From a virus, in the IMG/VR virus record IMGVR_UViG_3300020183_000012, positions 82,720-146,719 of that record: a DNA stretch of 64,000 nt. The stretch is one strand, 5' to 3'. The notes beneath the pieces were generated by a model. That model searched no databases. It had not been told where the DNA came from and worked only from the letters and a program-made list of their open reading frames with translations. Shown here piece after piece: positions 46,938 to 57,879 of this stretch. The position numbers and the translations under genes were made by a program. Each line of letters opens with the position of its first letter. Within the stretch, counting starts at the first letter, position 1.

Positions 46938-47305
46938 TTTATTGTTATTGTTATCTTATTTTGATTTTTGTTTTTTTTGAAGTATACAACTTTTTCGTCA
47001 GCATCCCATATACAGTCAAATTTAGAAAGACTGAAATTATTTATGTCTTTATGATTTTTGTTTTTTAGGCCAAGAAGATCTATTTTTTCTTTTACTAACT
47101 TTAAAAAATCTTCTTTTTTATTTGAATATAAAACTTTAGATTCTTTTGATATCATCACAGATTCATACTGACCGCTTTCTTTTTTTAACTCTAAGCAGCC
47201 GGTGTCAATAGGATTTTTTTCGTTTTTGTGAATCGCGCTCACGTAGACTATGTTACCGGCTATATTCGGAAAATATCTTCCAAACAAATCTTTGTTTTTA
47301 CTCAT
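46934..47305 (-). CDS. hypothetical protein
   Basis: coupled to next ORF. Confidence 0.65.
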   Translation of the reverse strand: MSKNKDLFGRYFPNIAGNIVYVSAIHKNEKNPIDTGCLELKKESGQYESVMISKESKVLYSNKKEDFLKLVKEKIDLLGLKNKNHKDINNFSLSKFDCIWDADEKVVYFKKNKNQNKITITIK

Positions 47306-47352
47306 AACATTACTTTCTTTTAAAACCGAAAAAAACCTACTTGGAGAAAAAT

Positions 47353-48069
47353 ATGGACAATTTTGAAAAAATAAATGTACTTGATAGGGGTTTCGTTCGA
47401 CTCATTGAAGTGATGGGTTCTGATCTAACAGTAGTAAATGCTGCTAGAGTTTCGTTTCACAAGGAATCTTCTTGGGACGAAGAACAGCACCAGACAGGAT
47501 CAATAACTGGCAAGACACTCCCAGATAAGGATAAGAAGCTTATTTCGTATCTGGCAAAGCATAAGCATTGGACTCCTTTTGCCCATCCCCAGATCATGCT
47601 TCACATCAAGGCCCCTATTTCGATTCGTACCCAGCTTTTTAAGCACAAGGTCGGATTCGTTGAGAACGAAATTTCTCGTCGGTATGTTACAGAAGAACCA
47701 GAAATTTATATTCCAATGTGGCGCTCTAAGCCAACAACTGGGGCTAAGCAGGGGTCAGAAGACTTCCTTACCAATACAACCACGCTAGAGGCTGCTGAGA
47801 TCATGTACTTTGGGATGGCTAGCGATGCCCTAAAGACCTACAACTGGCTCATAGAGGCTGGTATAGCCCCAGAGCAGGCTCGTTTTGCATTACCTCAGGG
47901 TACATACACCGAATGGTACTGGACGGGTTCTTTAGCCGCTTATGCTCGTGTTTTTAAGCAAAGAATCGACCCCCATGCTCAATGGGAAGTTCGGGAATAT
48001 GCAGATGCGATAGGTAAGATAATAGCTCCGCATTTTTCAGTTTCATGGGCAGAACTAACAAGGTTTTAG
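47353..48069 (+). CDS. thyX: flavin-dependent thymidylate synthase
   Basis: MGSDLTVVNAARVSF, HWTPF, NEISRRYV, EQARFALPQ, HAQWEVR. Confidence 0.95.
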   Translation: MDNFEKINVLDRGFVRLIEVMGSDLTVVNAARVSFHKESSWDEEQHQTGSITGKTLPDKDKKLISYLAKHKHWTPFAHPQIMLHIKAPISIRTQLFKHKVGFVENEISRRYVTEEPEIYIPMWRSKPTTGAKQGSEDFLTNTTTLEAAEIMYFGMASDALKTYNWLIEAGIAPEQARFALPQGTYTEWYWTGSLAAYARVFKQRIDPHAQWEVREYADAIGKIIAPHFSVSWAELTRF

Positions 48070-48094
48070 CTGTTGTCTATCTTAATTAAGACAT

Positions 48095-48319
48095 GTGAGT
48101 GATTATTTAAAGTATGATATAACATATTTTGGAGACCTGGATGAAAAGGGATTCAAAATATCTTATATGTTATTAAATCATAAAATATTTCATGAGTTTG
48201 TATTGTATCCGGATGACGATATAGTAGTTATCAAAGATGTTAAAGAAATCAAAGGATATGAAACAATATTTGATTGGATAACTTCATTTAGATATGTAAT
48301 AGATTTAAATAGGAGATAA
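48095..48319 (+). CDS. hypothetical protein
   Basis: GTG-start ORF between co-oriented genes. Confidence 0.55.
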   Translation: MSDYLKYDITYFGDLDEKGFKISYMLLNHKIFHEFVLYPDDDIVVIKDVKEIKGYETIFDWITSFRYVIDLNRR

Positions 48320-48320
48320 A

Positions 48321-48629
48321 ATGTTTTGGATATCACTGGTGAGCGCATTTGGACTGGCTCTACTTTTTACTGAAAAAAGAGAAGAGTTTCCAGTATCATT
48401 TTTTCATAATATTTTTTTGAAAGTATTAGGAATATTTAGATATGAAAAACTTAAAAAAGTTGCTTTTTGCGTAGTATGTTTTTCTTTCTGGGCCGCTTTG
48501 CTCACTGATTGTTTTATATATTTTTTGATTGATAAGTCGTATTTCATGTGGCCATTGAGTGGATTTGCAACTTCTGGACTTTCCTGGTTTATTATAGATC
48601 TTTTAAATACATTGGACTCATCAGAATAA
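48321..48629 (+). CDS. membrane protein with CxxCxxFW motif
   Basis: AGGAG RBS; hydrophobic; CVVCFSFW. Confidence 0.7.
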   Translation: MFWISLVSAFGLALLFTEKREEFPVSFFHNIFLKVLGIFRYEKLKKVAFCVVCFSFWAALLTDCFIYFLIDKSYFMWPLSGFATSGLSWFIIDLLNTLDSSE

Positions 48630-48677
48630 ATTATTCTGTGAATGAGCGCCTGTATACTATAATACACGAGGAATATT

Positions 48678-49484
48678 ATGAACAAAGCAAAAACAGAACC
48701 AACAACAAAAGACAAATGGCAAAAGTTTCAAACACTAAGAGACCGTAATAATTTTAAGGACCCTGAGTTTATAAAGCTCAGAAATGAAATAGCAACCGAA
48801 AATTTTCATCTTGTAATTAAGCTTTCTGACTTAATGCACAGAAAGCATCCAGAAGTTGACAAGGAAGATCTTAGAAGCTTTGGAAGTCTTGGTTTGCTTG
48901 ATGCGATAATGAAGTTTGATTCCGGTAAAGATATAAAGTTTGAGACATTTGCAACATACAGACTTTTTGGAAGCATGTATGATGAAATGAGGAAGGCAGA
49001 CTGGCTGCCTCGCTTAACAAGGCAAAGGATGACGAAGCTTGAAAAGCTAAGAGAGAAGTTTGTTTCTGCTAATGGAATAAAGCCAACAAGAGACGAAATA
49101 ATTTCTTTAGCGGAGCCAAAAGACAAGGCAGATATAGAGAAGTTTTTAAGCGAAAATGGAGAAGTTTGGATATATTCCATGAATGGAAATGTATCTAATA
49201 ATGATGATAATGAAGTGAATTTCTACCATGTTGACAAAAAAGGAAACCCGGAAGCAGATACAGTAAAAATAGATTTCTTCAATAACTTTATTAGAAAAAA
49301 CTTTAATGAAGATGAGTCTAAGATAATATGGCTTGTCTATTATGAAAATAGAACTCTAAAAGATACTGCAAATATACTTGGAATTGCAGAAAGTAGAATA
49401 TGTCCAATTCATAGTAATATATTAAAGAAGCTGCGTAAGCACTTTCAGGAGAGGCCATCTGATTTAGAAATATTCAAAATATAA
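48678..49484 (+). CDS. fliA: FliA/WhiG-family RNA polymerase sigma factor
   Basis: DL.S.G..GLLDAI.KFD....KFETFA..R..GSM.DE.R..DWLPR; region 4 TLKD.A.ILGIAESRIC.IH. Confidence 0.88.
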   Translation: MNKAKTEPTTKDKWQKFQTLRDRNNFKDPEFIKLRNEIATENFHLVIKLSDLMHRKHPEVDKEDLRSFGSLGLLDAIMKFDSGKDIKFETFATYRLFGSMYDEMRKADWLPRLTRQRMTKLEKLREKFVSANGIKPTRDEIISLAEPKDKADIEKFLSENGEVWIYSMNGNVSNNDDNEVNFYHVDKKGNPEADTVKIDFFNNFIRKNFNEDESKIIWLVYYENRTLKDTANILGIAESRICPIHSNILKKLRKHFQERPSDLEIFKI

Positions 49485-49490
49485 ACTAAA

Positions 49491-50051
49491 ATGCAGATAG
49501 AAAAACACATAGTATTAATTCTCAATTGTAATTGGCATCCTGTGGGATTTTGCAATGTATTTCACGCTGTAACAAAAGTTTGTGCGGAAAGAGCAAAATT
49601 TCTTGATACTGCTAATTTTCAACTAATGGGGGTAGACGAATGGTTTGAATATGACAGGTATTCAAAAACCATAAGTACAACAAGAGGTGCTTTCCCAGTT
49701 CCAGAAATAATAGTTTCTTGTTATTACGGAAAAATTCCAACATTTAGACCGTATCCAACAAAGAAAAATATTCTCAAAAGAGATAATTATGTGTGTCAGT
49801 ACACGGGTAAAAAGCTTTCCTCAAAAGAGGCTACAATAGATCACGTGTTCCCAAAAAGCAGAGGCGGGCTACTAAGCTGGGAAAATTGTGTTGCAGCCAG
49901 CTTTGAAATAAATAATCTAAAAAGAAATAGAACTCCAGAAGAATTTGGTATTAATTTACCTATGAGGCCATGTATGCCAAAATGGAACATATTTAATACT
50001 CTTCCATCAAATTTCTCAATACCAGATAGCTGGAAGAATTTTATAAAATAA
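49491..50051 (+). CDS. HNH endonuclease
   Basis: LILN..W.P, RD.Y.CQYTG, TIDHV.PKSRGG...WENCV, NNLK. Confidence 0.9.
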   Translation: MQIEKHIVLILNCNWHPVGFCNVFHAVTKVCAERAKFLDTANFQLMGVDEWFEYDRYSKTISTTRGAFPVPEIIVSCYYGKIPTFRPYPTKKNILKRDNYVCQYTGKKLSSKEATIDHVFPKSRGGLLSWENCVAASFEINNLKRNRTPEEFGINLPMRPCMPKWNIFNTLPSNFSIPDSWKNFIK

Positions 50052-50056
50052 TAAAT

Positions 50057-50737
50057 ATGAAATCTGGAATAGGATCTAGAAAAACTGGATCAAAAAAATG
50101 TTCATTTTTTAATAGAATTTTTCCAGGAGTTCCATGCTTTGTGGTTGGAAGCTCTCCTTTTATAAATGATTTAAATCTAAATGCTATTGAAAATAATCTG
50201 TCTATATCCATAAACAGATCAATGTTCAAGTTCAATTCAATAATAGGAATGTGGCAAGATGTAAGTTTTTGGAAAACTGAAAAATCAACAATACAAACAA
50301 CAAAATGCTGGAAGGTTTGCACTTCATACTCTGATCCAAATAATTGTTTTTATCATTTTTCTATTAAGGGTGGAAATTTCAAAAAAACAGAAGACTGTAG
50401 TGAACTTTTTGGAAGTGGAAGTTCGGGTCCTCTAGCTGTTCAGTTTGCTGTCGCGATGGGATGCTACCCTATTATTTGTATAGGAATGGATTGTGAAATA
50501 AAAGATGGTAAAACCGATTTCTATGGTATAAATAAATTTTGGGGACCCAATACAATAGAAAACTGCAAAAAGGGAATAGAATGGATTAAAAAAGAATTCC
50601 CAGATGATATGGTTATCCTGTGCGATTCTGTAAAAAAATATAACGAATATGCTGACAAGTTTTGTGATATTTCAAAAAAAGATATATTGAATTCTACTAT
50701 ACTTGATAGCTTAAAAAACTCAAAACAAAGTCGATAA
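50057..50737 (+). CDS. DUF115/MptE-like protein
   Basis: CFVVGSSP, ISINR, A.QFA..MG...I..IGMD. Confidence 0.65.
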   Translation: MKSGIGSRKTGSKKCSFFNRIFPGVPCFVVGSSPFINDLNLNAIENNLSISINRSMFKFNSIIGMWQDVSFWKTEKSTIQTTKCWKVCTSYSDPNNCFYHFSIKGGNFKKTEDCSELFGSGSSGPLAVQFAVAMGCYPIICIGMDCEIKDGKTDFYGINKFWGPNTIENCKKGIEWIKKEFPDDMVILCDSVKKYNEYADKFCDISKKDILNSTILDSLKNSKQSR

Positions 50738-50817
50738 TTCCACTATAAAAAGAAGGTAATTTAAACAAAGGTTTGCGCCTTTCAAAATAGTAATCCGTTA
50801 GACTAAAAGGAGACAAT

Positions 50818-53346
50818 ATGTCTATTTGCCTAGAAACAGAAAGAGAAAAAATTATGAATAACAACAAAACTTTTACATATCAAGAAGCTCTTGATGAAAG
50901 TATCAAATACTTTAATGGAGATGAATTGGCAGCAAAGGTATTTATTGATAAATATGCACTAAGAAATGAGAATATGGATCTGGTTGAATCAACACCAGAT
51001 GATATGCACAGAAGAATTGCAAGAGAATTTGCAAGAATAGAAAATAAAAAATTTAAGTCTCCGTTATCGGAAAATGAAATATATGATTTGCTAAAAGGTT
51101 TTGACAGAATAGTTCCACAAGGTTCTCCAATGTATGGAATTGGGAATAGGTATCAATTCATATCATTAAGCAATTGTTATGTTGTTGAATCTCCTCTAGA
51201 TGCATATGGCTCTATCATGGAAGCTGATGAAAATTTAGTTCAGATAAGTAAAAGAAGAGGTGGTGTCGGTATAGACATATCACATTTGAGACCATCAGGA
51301 GCACCAACAAAAAATGCTGCAAGAACAAGTACTGGTGTTGTATCATTTGCTGAAAGGTACTCAAATTCAATAAGAGAAGTTGGTCAGGCTGGTAGAAGGG
51401 GAGCTCTTATGGTAACGCTAAATGTTCATCATCCAGATATATTAGAGTTCTCTAAAGTAAAGAGAGATTTAACAAAAGTTACTGGTGCAAATATTTCCAT
51501 TAGATTGACGGATGAATTTTTAAGCGCTGTTGATAAAGACGAAAAATACGAGCAAAGATGGCCAATTGAGTCTTCTTCTCCAATAATATCAAGAAAAGTA
51601 AATGCAAGATCAATATGGAATATTATTGTTGAAAATGCTCATCATATGGCAGAGCCTGGTCTTCTATTCTGGGATAACATAATAAAAGAAAGTCCAGCAG
51701 ACTGCTATTCTGATTGTGGGTACAAAACAATTAGCACCAATCCATGTTCTGAAATACCGCTATCTGCATTTGATAGTTGCAGGTTGATGCTTCTTAATGC
51801 ATTTGGATATGTAGAAAATCCATTTACAAAGAAAGCTAAATTTAATTTTGAAAAGTTCAATAAGGACGCAGAGTTGTGTCAAAGGTTGATGGATGACTTG
51901 GTAGACCTCGAGATAGAATGTATTGAAAGAATCATAGAAAAGATATCATCTGATCCAGAACCAAAAGAAACAAAGCAAAGAGAAGTTTCTCTTTGGAAAA
52001 AAATAAAAGAAGTTGCATTAAATGGTCGCAGAACTGGTACTGGAGCAACGGCAATAGGAGATGCTCTCGCTGCACTTGGTCTTCAGTATGCCAGCGAAGA
52101 TGGTATAGCGATGACTGAGGATATATACAAAAATCTTAAGCTTTCTGCATATAGAAGCAGCGTAAAAATGGCAAAAGAGATAGGTGCATTTCCTGTGTGG
52201 GATTGGAAAAAGGAAAAAGATAATCCATTTTTAGGTAGAATAAAAAATGAAGATCCATCTCTTTATGAAGATATGAAAAAGTATGGAAGAAGAAATATAG
52301 CACTTCTAACAACTGCTCCAGCTGGTTCTGTTTCAATATTAACTCAAACATCTAGTGGAATTGAGCCTCAATTTATGATTGATCCATATATCAGAAGAAA
52401 GAAAGGAAATCCAGGAGATGTTGGATTTAGATCTGATTTTGTTGATCAAAATGGAGATCACTGGATGGAATTTAAGATATATCCACCAAAAGTAAAAATG
52501 TGGATGGAAATAACTGGTGAAAAAGATCTTAGAAAGAGTCCATGGAGTGGCTCTACTGCTCCAGAGCTAGACTGGAGAAAGAGAGTGCATTTGCAATCTG
52601 TGGCTCAAAAGCACCTTGATCACGCAATTTCTAGTACCTTAAACCTTCCAAGTGACGTTTCTATTTCATCTGTTGATGAAATATATAGGACTGCATGGAA
52701 AAGCGGGTGCAAAGGTATAACCATATACAGAGATGGTTGTAGAACAGGAGTTCTTGTTTCTGAATCAAAGAAAAATCCAGAAGATGAAATTTTAATAACA
52801 AAAGCACCCAAAAGACCTGAAACATTATCATGCGATGTTCATCATTGCGTGGTTAAGGGTAAACAATATTTTGTAATAGTTGGAAAAATGAAAGAAAAGC
52901 CTTACGAAGTATTTGCAAGTATGAATCATATTTCTGATGAAAACGATGATCTATTAATATCTAAAAGTTTTGTATCTGGGACTCTTACTAAGGAATCTAG
53001 AGGTCACTACAGAGCTGATTTGAGTGATTCTAGCGATAATTCTATGAAGATTAAAAAGATAGGAGATAAACTAACTGAAGAGGAAGCAGCTTTAACTAGA
53101 ATAATATCAACAGCCTTAAGGCATGGTGCTAATGTTCAGTTTATTGTTCATCAGCTTGAAAAGGTTGAAGGTTCAATGCATGGTTTCTCAAAAAGTATAG
53201 CAAGAGCTTTAAAGAAATATATTCCAGATGGAGCTGAAGTTAGTGGAGAAACTTGCTCTAGTTGCGAAACTAAAGATAAATGTGCCCTTGTAAGACAGGA
53301 AGGATGCATAATGTGCAAGTCTTGCGGATGGTCAAAATGTGGATAA
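50818..53346 (+). CDS. nrdJ: class II (adenosylcobalamin-dependent) ribonucleotide reductase
   Basis: PQGSP, LSNC, GRRGALM, TNPCSE, TAPAGS, SSGIEP, C-terminal TSCPD-like domain and Zn ribbon; no nrdB adjacent. Confidence 0.92.
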   Translation: MSICLETEREKIMNNNKTFTYQEALDESIKYFNGDELAAKVFIDKYALRNENMDLVESTPDDMHRRIAREFARIENKKFKSPLSENEIYDLLKGFDRIVPQGSPMYGIGNRYQFISLSNCYVVESPLDAYGSIMEADENLVQISKRRGGVGIDISHLRPSGAPTKNAARTSTGVVSFAERYSNSIREVGQAGRRGALMVTLNVHHPDILEFSKVKRDLTKVTGANISIRLTDEFLSAVDKDEKYEQRWPIESSSPIISRKVNARSIWNIIVENAHHMAEPGLLFWDNIIKESPADCYSDCGYKTISTNPCSEIPLSAFDSCRLMLLNAFGYVENPFTKKAKFNFEKFNKDAELCQRLMDDLVDLEIECIERIIEKISSDPEPKETKQREVSLWKKIKEVALNGRRTGTGATAIGDALAALGLQYASEDGIAMTEDIYKNLKLSAYRSSVKMAKEIGAFPVWDWKKEKDNPFLGRIKNEDPSLYEDMKKYGRRNIALLTTAPAGSVSILTQTSSGIEPQFMIDPYIRRKKGNPGDVGFRSDFVDQNGDHWMEFKIYPPKVKMWMEITGEKDLRKSPWSGSTAPELDWRKRVHLQSVAQKHLDHAISSTLNLPSDVSISSVDEIYRTAWKSGCKGITIYRDGCRTGVLVSESKKNPEDEILITKAPKRPETLSCDVHHCVVKGKQYFVIVGKMKEKPYEVFASMNHISDENDDLLISKSFVSGTLTKESRGHYRADLSDSSDNSMKIKKIGDKLTEEEAALTRIISTALRHGANVQFIVHQLEKVEGSMHGFSKSIARALKKYIPDGAEVSGETCSSCETKDKCALVRQEGCIMCKSCGWSKCG

Positions 53347-53355
53347 GGAGAAAAG

Positions 53356-53820
53356 ATGCATATGATAAAGTATAAAAGAAGTCACGAAGATGCAAGATTG
53401 CCATCCAAGGCAAATGAAAATGATGCAGGTTTTGATTTATGGTCTGTAGACGATGGGAATATATCTTACGACAAAGATGGTTTTATAAAATATATTGAAT
53501 ATGGGACAGGCATACACATAGAGCCCATGCCATATACTTTTACTATGATATATCCAAGAAGTAGCATAAGAAATAAGGATATATTGTTGGCCAACAGCGT
53601 TGGAATAATTGATAATGGATATAGAGGTGAGTTAAAAATTGTTTTTAGGCCAACAAAACAGGTAAAGGATAGAAACGAAATTTCTTTGTATTGTAAGGGA
53701 GAGAGGATAGCCCAAATAATCCCGTTTAGATACTCTAACGAATTTTATTTTGTAGAGACCAGAGAGCTTAATGAGACAAGCAGAGGCGAGGGAGGATTTG
53801 GGTCAACTGGATCGACCTGA
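53356..53820 (+). CDS. dut: dUTPase
   Basis: AGFDL, PRSS, GIIDNGYRGE, RIAQ, RGEGGFGSTG. Confidence 0.95.
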   Translation: MHMIKYKRSHEDARLPSKANENDAGFDLWSVDDGNISYDKDGFIKYIEYGTGIHIEPMPYTFTMIYPRSSIRNKDILLANSVGIIDNGYRGELKIVFRPTKQVKDRNEISLYCKGERIAQIIPFRYSNEFYFVETRELNETSRGEGGFGSTGST

Positions 53821-55637
53821 TGCCAATAACGCCAGATAAAACTCTAGTAATATATAATTCCGGAGAACCAGCAAGTCTTGATTTCATGACTCAGTACATA
53901 AAGATCAGGAGAGTACCTCCTGCCAATCTTTATGGCATTGACACTCCAACGTCAGACAGATACCAAACATATGAAGATTTTAAACAAAATCTTCTAGATG
54001 TAATAAATAATCTTATAGATATAAATAATTATACATGTGTGCTTCTTGGGTATAGGGTACCATCTGGATTTATACACAACCAAAGAGTATATTCTTGCTC
54101 TTCTGTAATTTCTGGAAGAAAAATACCATTTGATGGAACTCCAAAAAGAAATACATCATATACCACAAGCAATTTTTTAAAGTTTGACTTAAATCTCAGT
54201 AAAATACCTGTATGTTTTTCTTTAGATGTAAAGAATGTAATACAGATGAAAATATTAATTAATAAAATCAAATCAAACAAAGACGGAGTTATCATAAATG
54301 GCAGTTTTTATTTAGATAAATATCACACGCTTTCTTCATATCCAAATGATGAAATTTATTTTGATATAGTTGATGCATTTGACAATACAGCTAAAAACAA
54401 ATTTAATATTGATGTAAGAAAAACAGCAAAAAACAGAAACTCAAATATTGAACCATCTTTTTCTTTGCTTGTAAATGATTCAATATTTTGGGGATGGGGA
54501 GATTTGATTGCAAATGAAAGTTATTTTTCTCCAACTTCCACAAATAGAGTAGTGTTCATGTCATATGATAACAGGTCAATGACATCATTAAGAATAGAAT
54601 CTTCAGACAATGCGTGTTTGGCTGCAATAAACAGAGGATATGCATGTGTCGCAGGGAATATAGGAGATTCTGCATTTTTAGAAAGTGAATTGAAAATAAA
54701 TGATCCTTACGATCCATATTCTACAGGTGCTTTAGAAAATCACATGGTACCGAATCCATATTCTTTTATGGATGCCTTATATTCAGGTAGAACTGTAGGA
54801 GAGGCATTTCTATATAGCAAACCATACTTGCATGATTCTTTTGTGATGATAGGGGATCCATTACTAAAAGCATATATAGAAAATTCGATTGATCAAGAAA
54901 AAGCAAGTGCAAAAGAATTATGGTTAGATACTGAATCAAATCTTTCAAAATCTGCAGCTTATATTATATCTGAAGGAAAATATTCTTCTCTTCTTCATGA
55001 AAGAAATTTGAGATCAAATGATCTTGATATGAAAATTGATTTAAGTAAAAGTTCTTATAATTTAAATAGTAAATATTTTATTGAAAATAGAAAAAATACT
55101 TTTTCAGGAACATTTGACGCGTTCCAGGGATTTAGCCAGCAAATAAATATGCAGATTAATGCTATAGATGACATAACATTTAGAGATTTTTTGAAAGCAA
55201 ATAACCTTTATGTTTCAAGATCTATAGTAAAAATGATGACCAACGGAGAGGCAATGATTATTGGAAATGAAATACAAAATCTAAAAGTTGACAAGAATAT
55301 ATACCTTGATATATTTGTTCAAGAAATGGATGGAGACGCGGGATATATACATTTTGAAATTGATGGATCTTTAGATGAAGATTTTGATCAAATAGTATTC
55401 AATTTTAAATCATATGAAGACACTTCTTTTTGGAAATATGAAAAAACATCTGGGTCTATGGAAAATTTTGAGCAAAGAGGAATATTTTCTGGTCTTGTAG
55501 GAAGAAGAGTTTCAGTATCAAGACCATCAACTTATCGATACAGTCTATCCGGAGAGGAATTGTATATAAGATATAGACAAATATTAAATTCAAATTACAT
55601 GTCAGAATATTTTTATGAGGTTATTATAATACCATGA
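53820..55637 (+). CDS. TIGR03790-like domain protein
   Basis: LVIYNS....S......Y...R.VP..N start; G.TVGEAF...P......MIGDPL. Confidence 0.6.
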   Translation: MPITPDKTLVIYNSGEPASLDFMTQYIKIRRVPPANLYGIDTPTSDRYQTYEDFKQNLLDVINNLIDINNYTCVLLGYRVPSGFIHNQRVYSCSSVISGRKIPFDGTPKRNTSYTTSNFLKFDLNLSKIPVCFSLDVKNVIQMKILINKIKSNKDGVIINGSFYLDKYHTLSSYPNDEIYFDIVDAFDNTAKNKFNIDVRKTAKNRNSNIEPSFSLLVNDSIFWGWGDLIANESYFSPTSTNRVVFMSYDNRSMTSLRIESSDNACLAAINRGYACVAGNIGDSAFLESELKINDPYDPYSTGALENHMVPNPYSFMDALYSGRTVGEAFLYSKPYLHDSFVMIGDPLLKAYIENSIDQEKASAKELWLDTESNLSKSAAYIISEGKYSSLLHERNLRSNDLDMKIDLSKSSYNLNSKYFIENRKNTFSGTFDAFQGFSQQINMQINAIDDITFRDFLKANNLYVSRSIVKMMTNGEAMIIGNEIQNLKVDKNIYLDIFVQEMDGDAGYIHFEIDGSLDEDFDQIVFNFKSYEDTSFWKYEKTSGSMENFEQRGIFSGLVGRRVSVSRPSTYRYSLSGEELYIRYRQILNSNYMSEYFYEVIIIP

Positions 55638-56128
55638 TATATTCAGGAGAATTTAGATTGCATTTAGTGCTTCTTTCAAAAATATTGAAGTATGATTATA
55701 AATCTATGGTATTATTTAATAAAACAATAATTGACATAAATAATTCTGCTATAAACTTTGACAGTAGTAAGGTTGTTATGTATAAAAAAAGTGCATCTTC
55801 ATCTGTAAGACAATTGACAAGGGATACAAATGCAGGAGATGTTATTAAATTAAATTATTTACGAGAGATTTATGGACTAGCTCAAGACCAATACGGAATT
55901 AGTATTGATAAATTTTTAGAAGAAAATTACATCGAAATACCTTTAACCCTTAAGGCAGTATCTGAGTTTATAGGTGTTGTAACAACAAGATATGGTGATA
56001 AATGGTGTAGATTCATTGATATTGACATTCCAATATCTGAACTAGAAAATTCAAAATATTCTAATAAAAAAATGACTTGGAGTTTTTTGGGAGGATTTAA
56101 CAGTCCGTGGTCAGCAGATCTTAATTGA
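55634..56128 (+). CDS. hypothetical protein
   Basis: ATGA-coupled ORF. Confidence 0.7.
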   Translation: MIYSGEFRLHLVLLSKILKYDYKSMVLFNKTIIDINNSAINFDSSKVVMYKKSASSSVRQLTRDTNAGDVIKLNYLREIYGLAQDQYGISIDKFLEENYIEIPLTLKAVSEFIGVVTTRYGDKWCRFIDIDIPISELENSKYSNKKMTWSFLGGFNSPWSADLN

Positions 56129-56506
56129 AACCAATTGATCTTTTAAATCATACCACAAGTCTGGATCGCCTCTAAATTCTTTTATTCCAGATGATATTTT
56201 TGATACAGTTTTTACTAAATCTTTTAAGGCAACAGCATCTTTAATGGTGTCTTTGTCTTCAAGATCTGATATAGCTCTTCTTATTAAGCTTTTCATGAAA
56301 ATATCATCTTTATATACTTCTGAAATATAGGAATCTATTACTTTTAGTCTTTCGGAAACCTTAGATGACTTTATTATATAGCTAAGTAGCTTTTCTTGAA
56401 TATCTTCATTTCTTTGAAGTATAAAATTGCTCAAAGCTATAGCTGATTCTGAATTTTTCACAGATTGAATTAGCATACTTTGTGTATCTTTATTATTTTC
56501 AATCAT
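56111..56506 (-). CDS. hypothetical protein
   Basis: ATG 56506 overlaps stop of upstream gene. Confidence 0.7.
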   Translation of the reverse strand: MIENNKDTQSMLIQSVKNSESAIALSNFILQRNEDIQEKLLSYIIKSSKVSERLKVIDSYISEVYKDDIFMKSLIRRAISDLEDKDTIKDAVALKDLVKTVSKISSGIKEFRGDPDLWYDLKDQLVSIKIC

Positions 56507-57225
56507 GGCACCAATCCATATAGATTTTGTATTGGCTGTATTCCTGGCATTAGTGGACCGTGTATATTTGCACATTTTGATTGAATATTTTCAATCCAAT
56601 TTTTAGAAATAACTTGTGAAGATGGTATGGACATATATTTATATATTTTATTTTCTGCTTGTAATTGTGTTATTGAAGATCTGCAATGTGTCATTATAAT
56701 TTTTGGACCGTCTTGTAGAATTTTATCGACAGTCCAGTAGGTCCCTGGATCCCTTACTGCAACAAAATGTCTATTAAACATATCTGCTGCGTCCCGATCT
56801 GATATAACCACATTTGATCCACTTGTTCCTGATGTAAATTTTTTATAATATTCTATGAAAAACTTTTTATATGGGTCTGGAAGAGACTCTAAATATATAG
56901 GTTTACTTTTACTCATACTAATTATTGCCTTGATATCAAGAATTACTCTGTTATTAACAGATTTCATTGAACTAACGAGCTGATTGACATGAGAGTTGTC
57001 ATCTTCAAGCCTTGTCATCTGATCTTTACCTACAGAAACACCCTGAGTAACTGCTGCTGTTCCTCTTTGAGCAATAGAGGAAACCAAGCCAAGAAGTTTT
57101 GTTGTTGCCTCTAGTGTTGGATTTTCTTTTACTATATATCCAACAGCCCCGCCTGCTAATGAGGAAATTTTGTCTTTATATGAGTTTACACTTGAATTAA
57201 ACCAAGCCAGATCAAAGCAATCCAT
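56503..57225 (-). CDS. hypothetical protein
   Basis: 240-aa ORF in operon. Confidence 0.7.
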   Translation of the reverse strand: MDCFDLAWFNSSVNSYKDKISSLAGGAVGYIVKENPTLEATTKLLGLVSSIAQRGTAAVTQGVSVGKDQMTRLEDDNSHVNQLVSSMKSVNNRVILDIKAIISMSKSKPIYLESLPDPYKKFFIEYYKKFTSGTSGSNVVISDRDAADMFNRHFVAVRDPGTYWTVDKILQDGPKIIMTHCRSSITQLQAENKIYKYMSIPSSQVISKNWIENIQSKCANIHGPLMPGIQPIQNLYGLVP

Positions 57226-57226
57226 T

Positions 57227-57766
57227 TTATCTATCTACCTTTATTATTTGATAGCACGAATTTTTCAGATTCTTAAATATTGAATCAAAAGATGAGTCGT
57301 GTGATTTTAAAATATTAAAAAAATCACTTTCTATGTTTTTAATTATATCTTTACATATATTTACTTCATTCCATCTGGAGTTTAATTGATTTATTTCAAC
57401 TTCTATATCATATGGATGACATTTTGTTGTTTGTATTTTTCTCATTTTTGGTAAATGAGAGGGAACATTTCTTGAGGATCTATTTTTATTGCATTCGTTA
57501 ATCAGAAGCGAAAACTTACCACACAAAAATCTAAGTTCTTGTTCCGTGTATGAAAGTGCAGATTTTTTTAAATCAAATATTATCATATTTTGTTGCATAG
57601 AAAAATGCTTGTCTTTAATATTCATAAACATATCTGCATGAGTAATGAATCTTTCATGGATACAGAGTAAATTTTCTATAAATTCATCAGTGCATACCTC
57701 TTTTAAGGAGTATGAACCAGTTACTTTGTTTACAAAATCTTTCAAGCTAAAAGCGCGTTTAAGCAT
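57227..57766 (-). CDS. hypothetical protein
   Basis: 179-aa ORF heading operon. Confidence 0.7.
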   Translation of the reverse strand: MLKRAFSLKDFVNKVTGSYSLKEVCTDEFIENLLCIHERFITHADMFMNIKDKHFSMQQNMIIFDLKKSALSYTEQELRFLCGKFSLLINECNKNRSSRNVPSHLPKMRKIQTTKCHPYDIEVEINQLNSRWNEVNICKDIIKNIESDFFNILKSHDSSFDSIFKNLKNSCYQIIKVDR

Positions 57767-57879
57767 ACCTATATATAAAATTTAAAATTAAAAGATCCTC
57801 TTATATGTCGCTTTATAAAAGGTTTTAAATTTAATAATTTGTATTATTCTGTATAAGTTATATTTAAGGAATTTATAAA

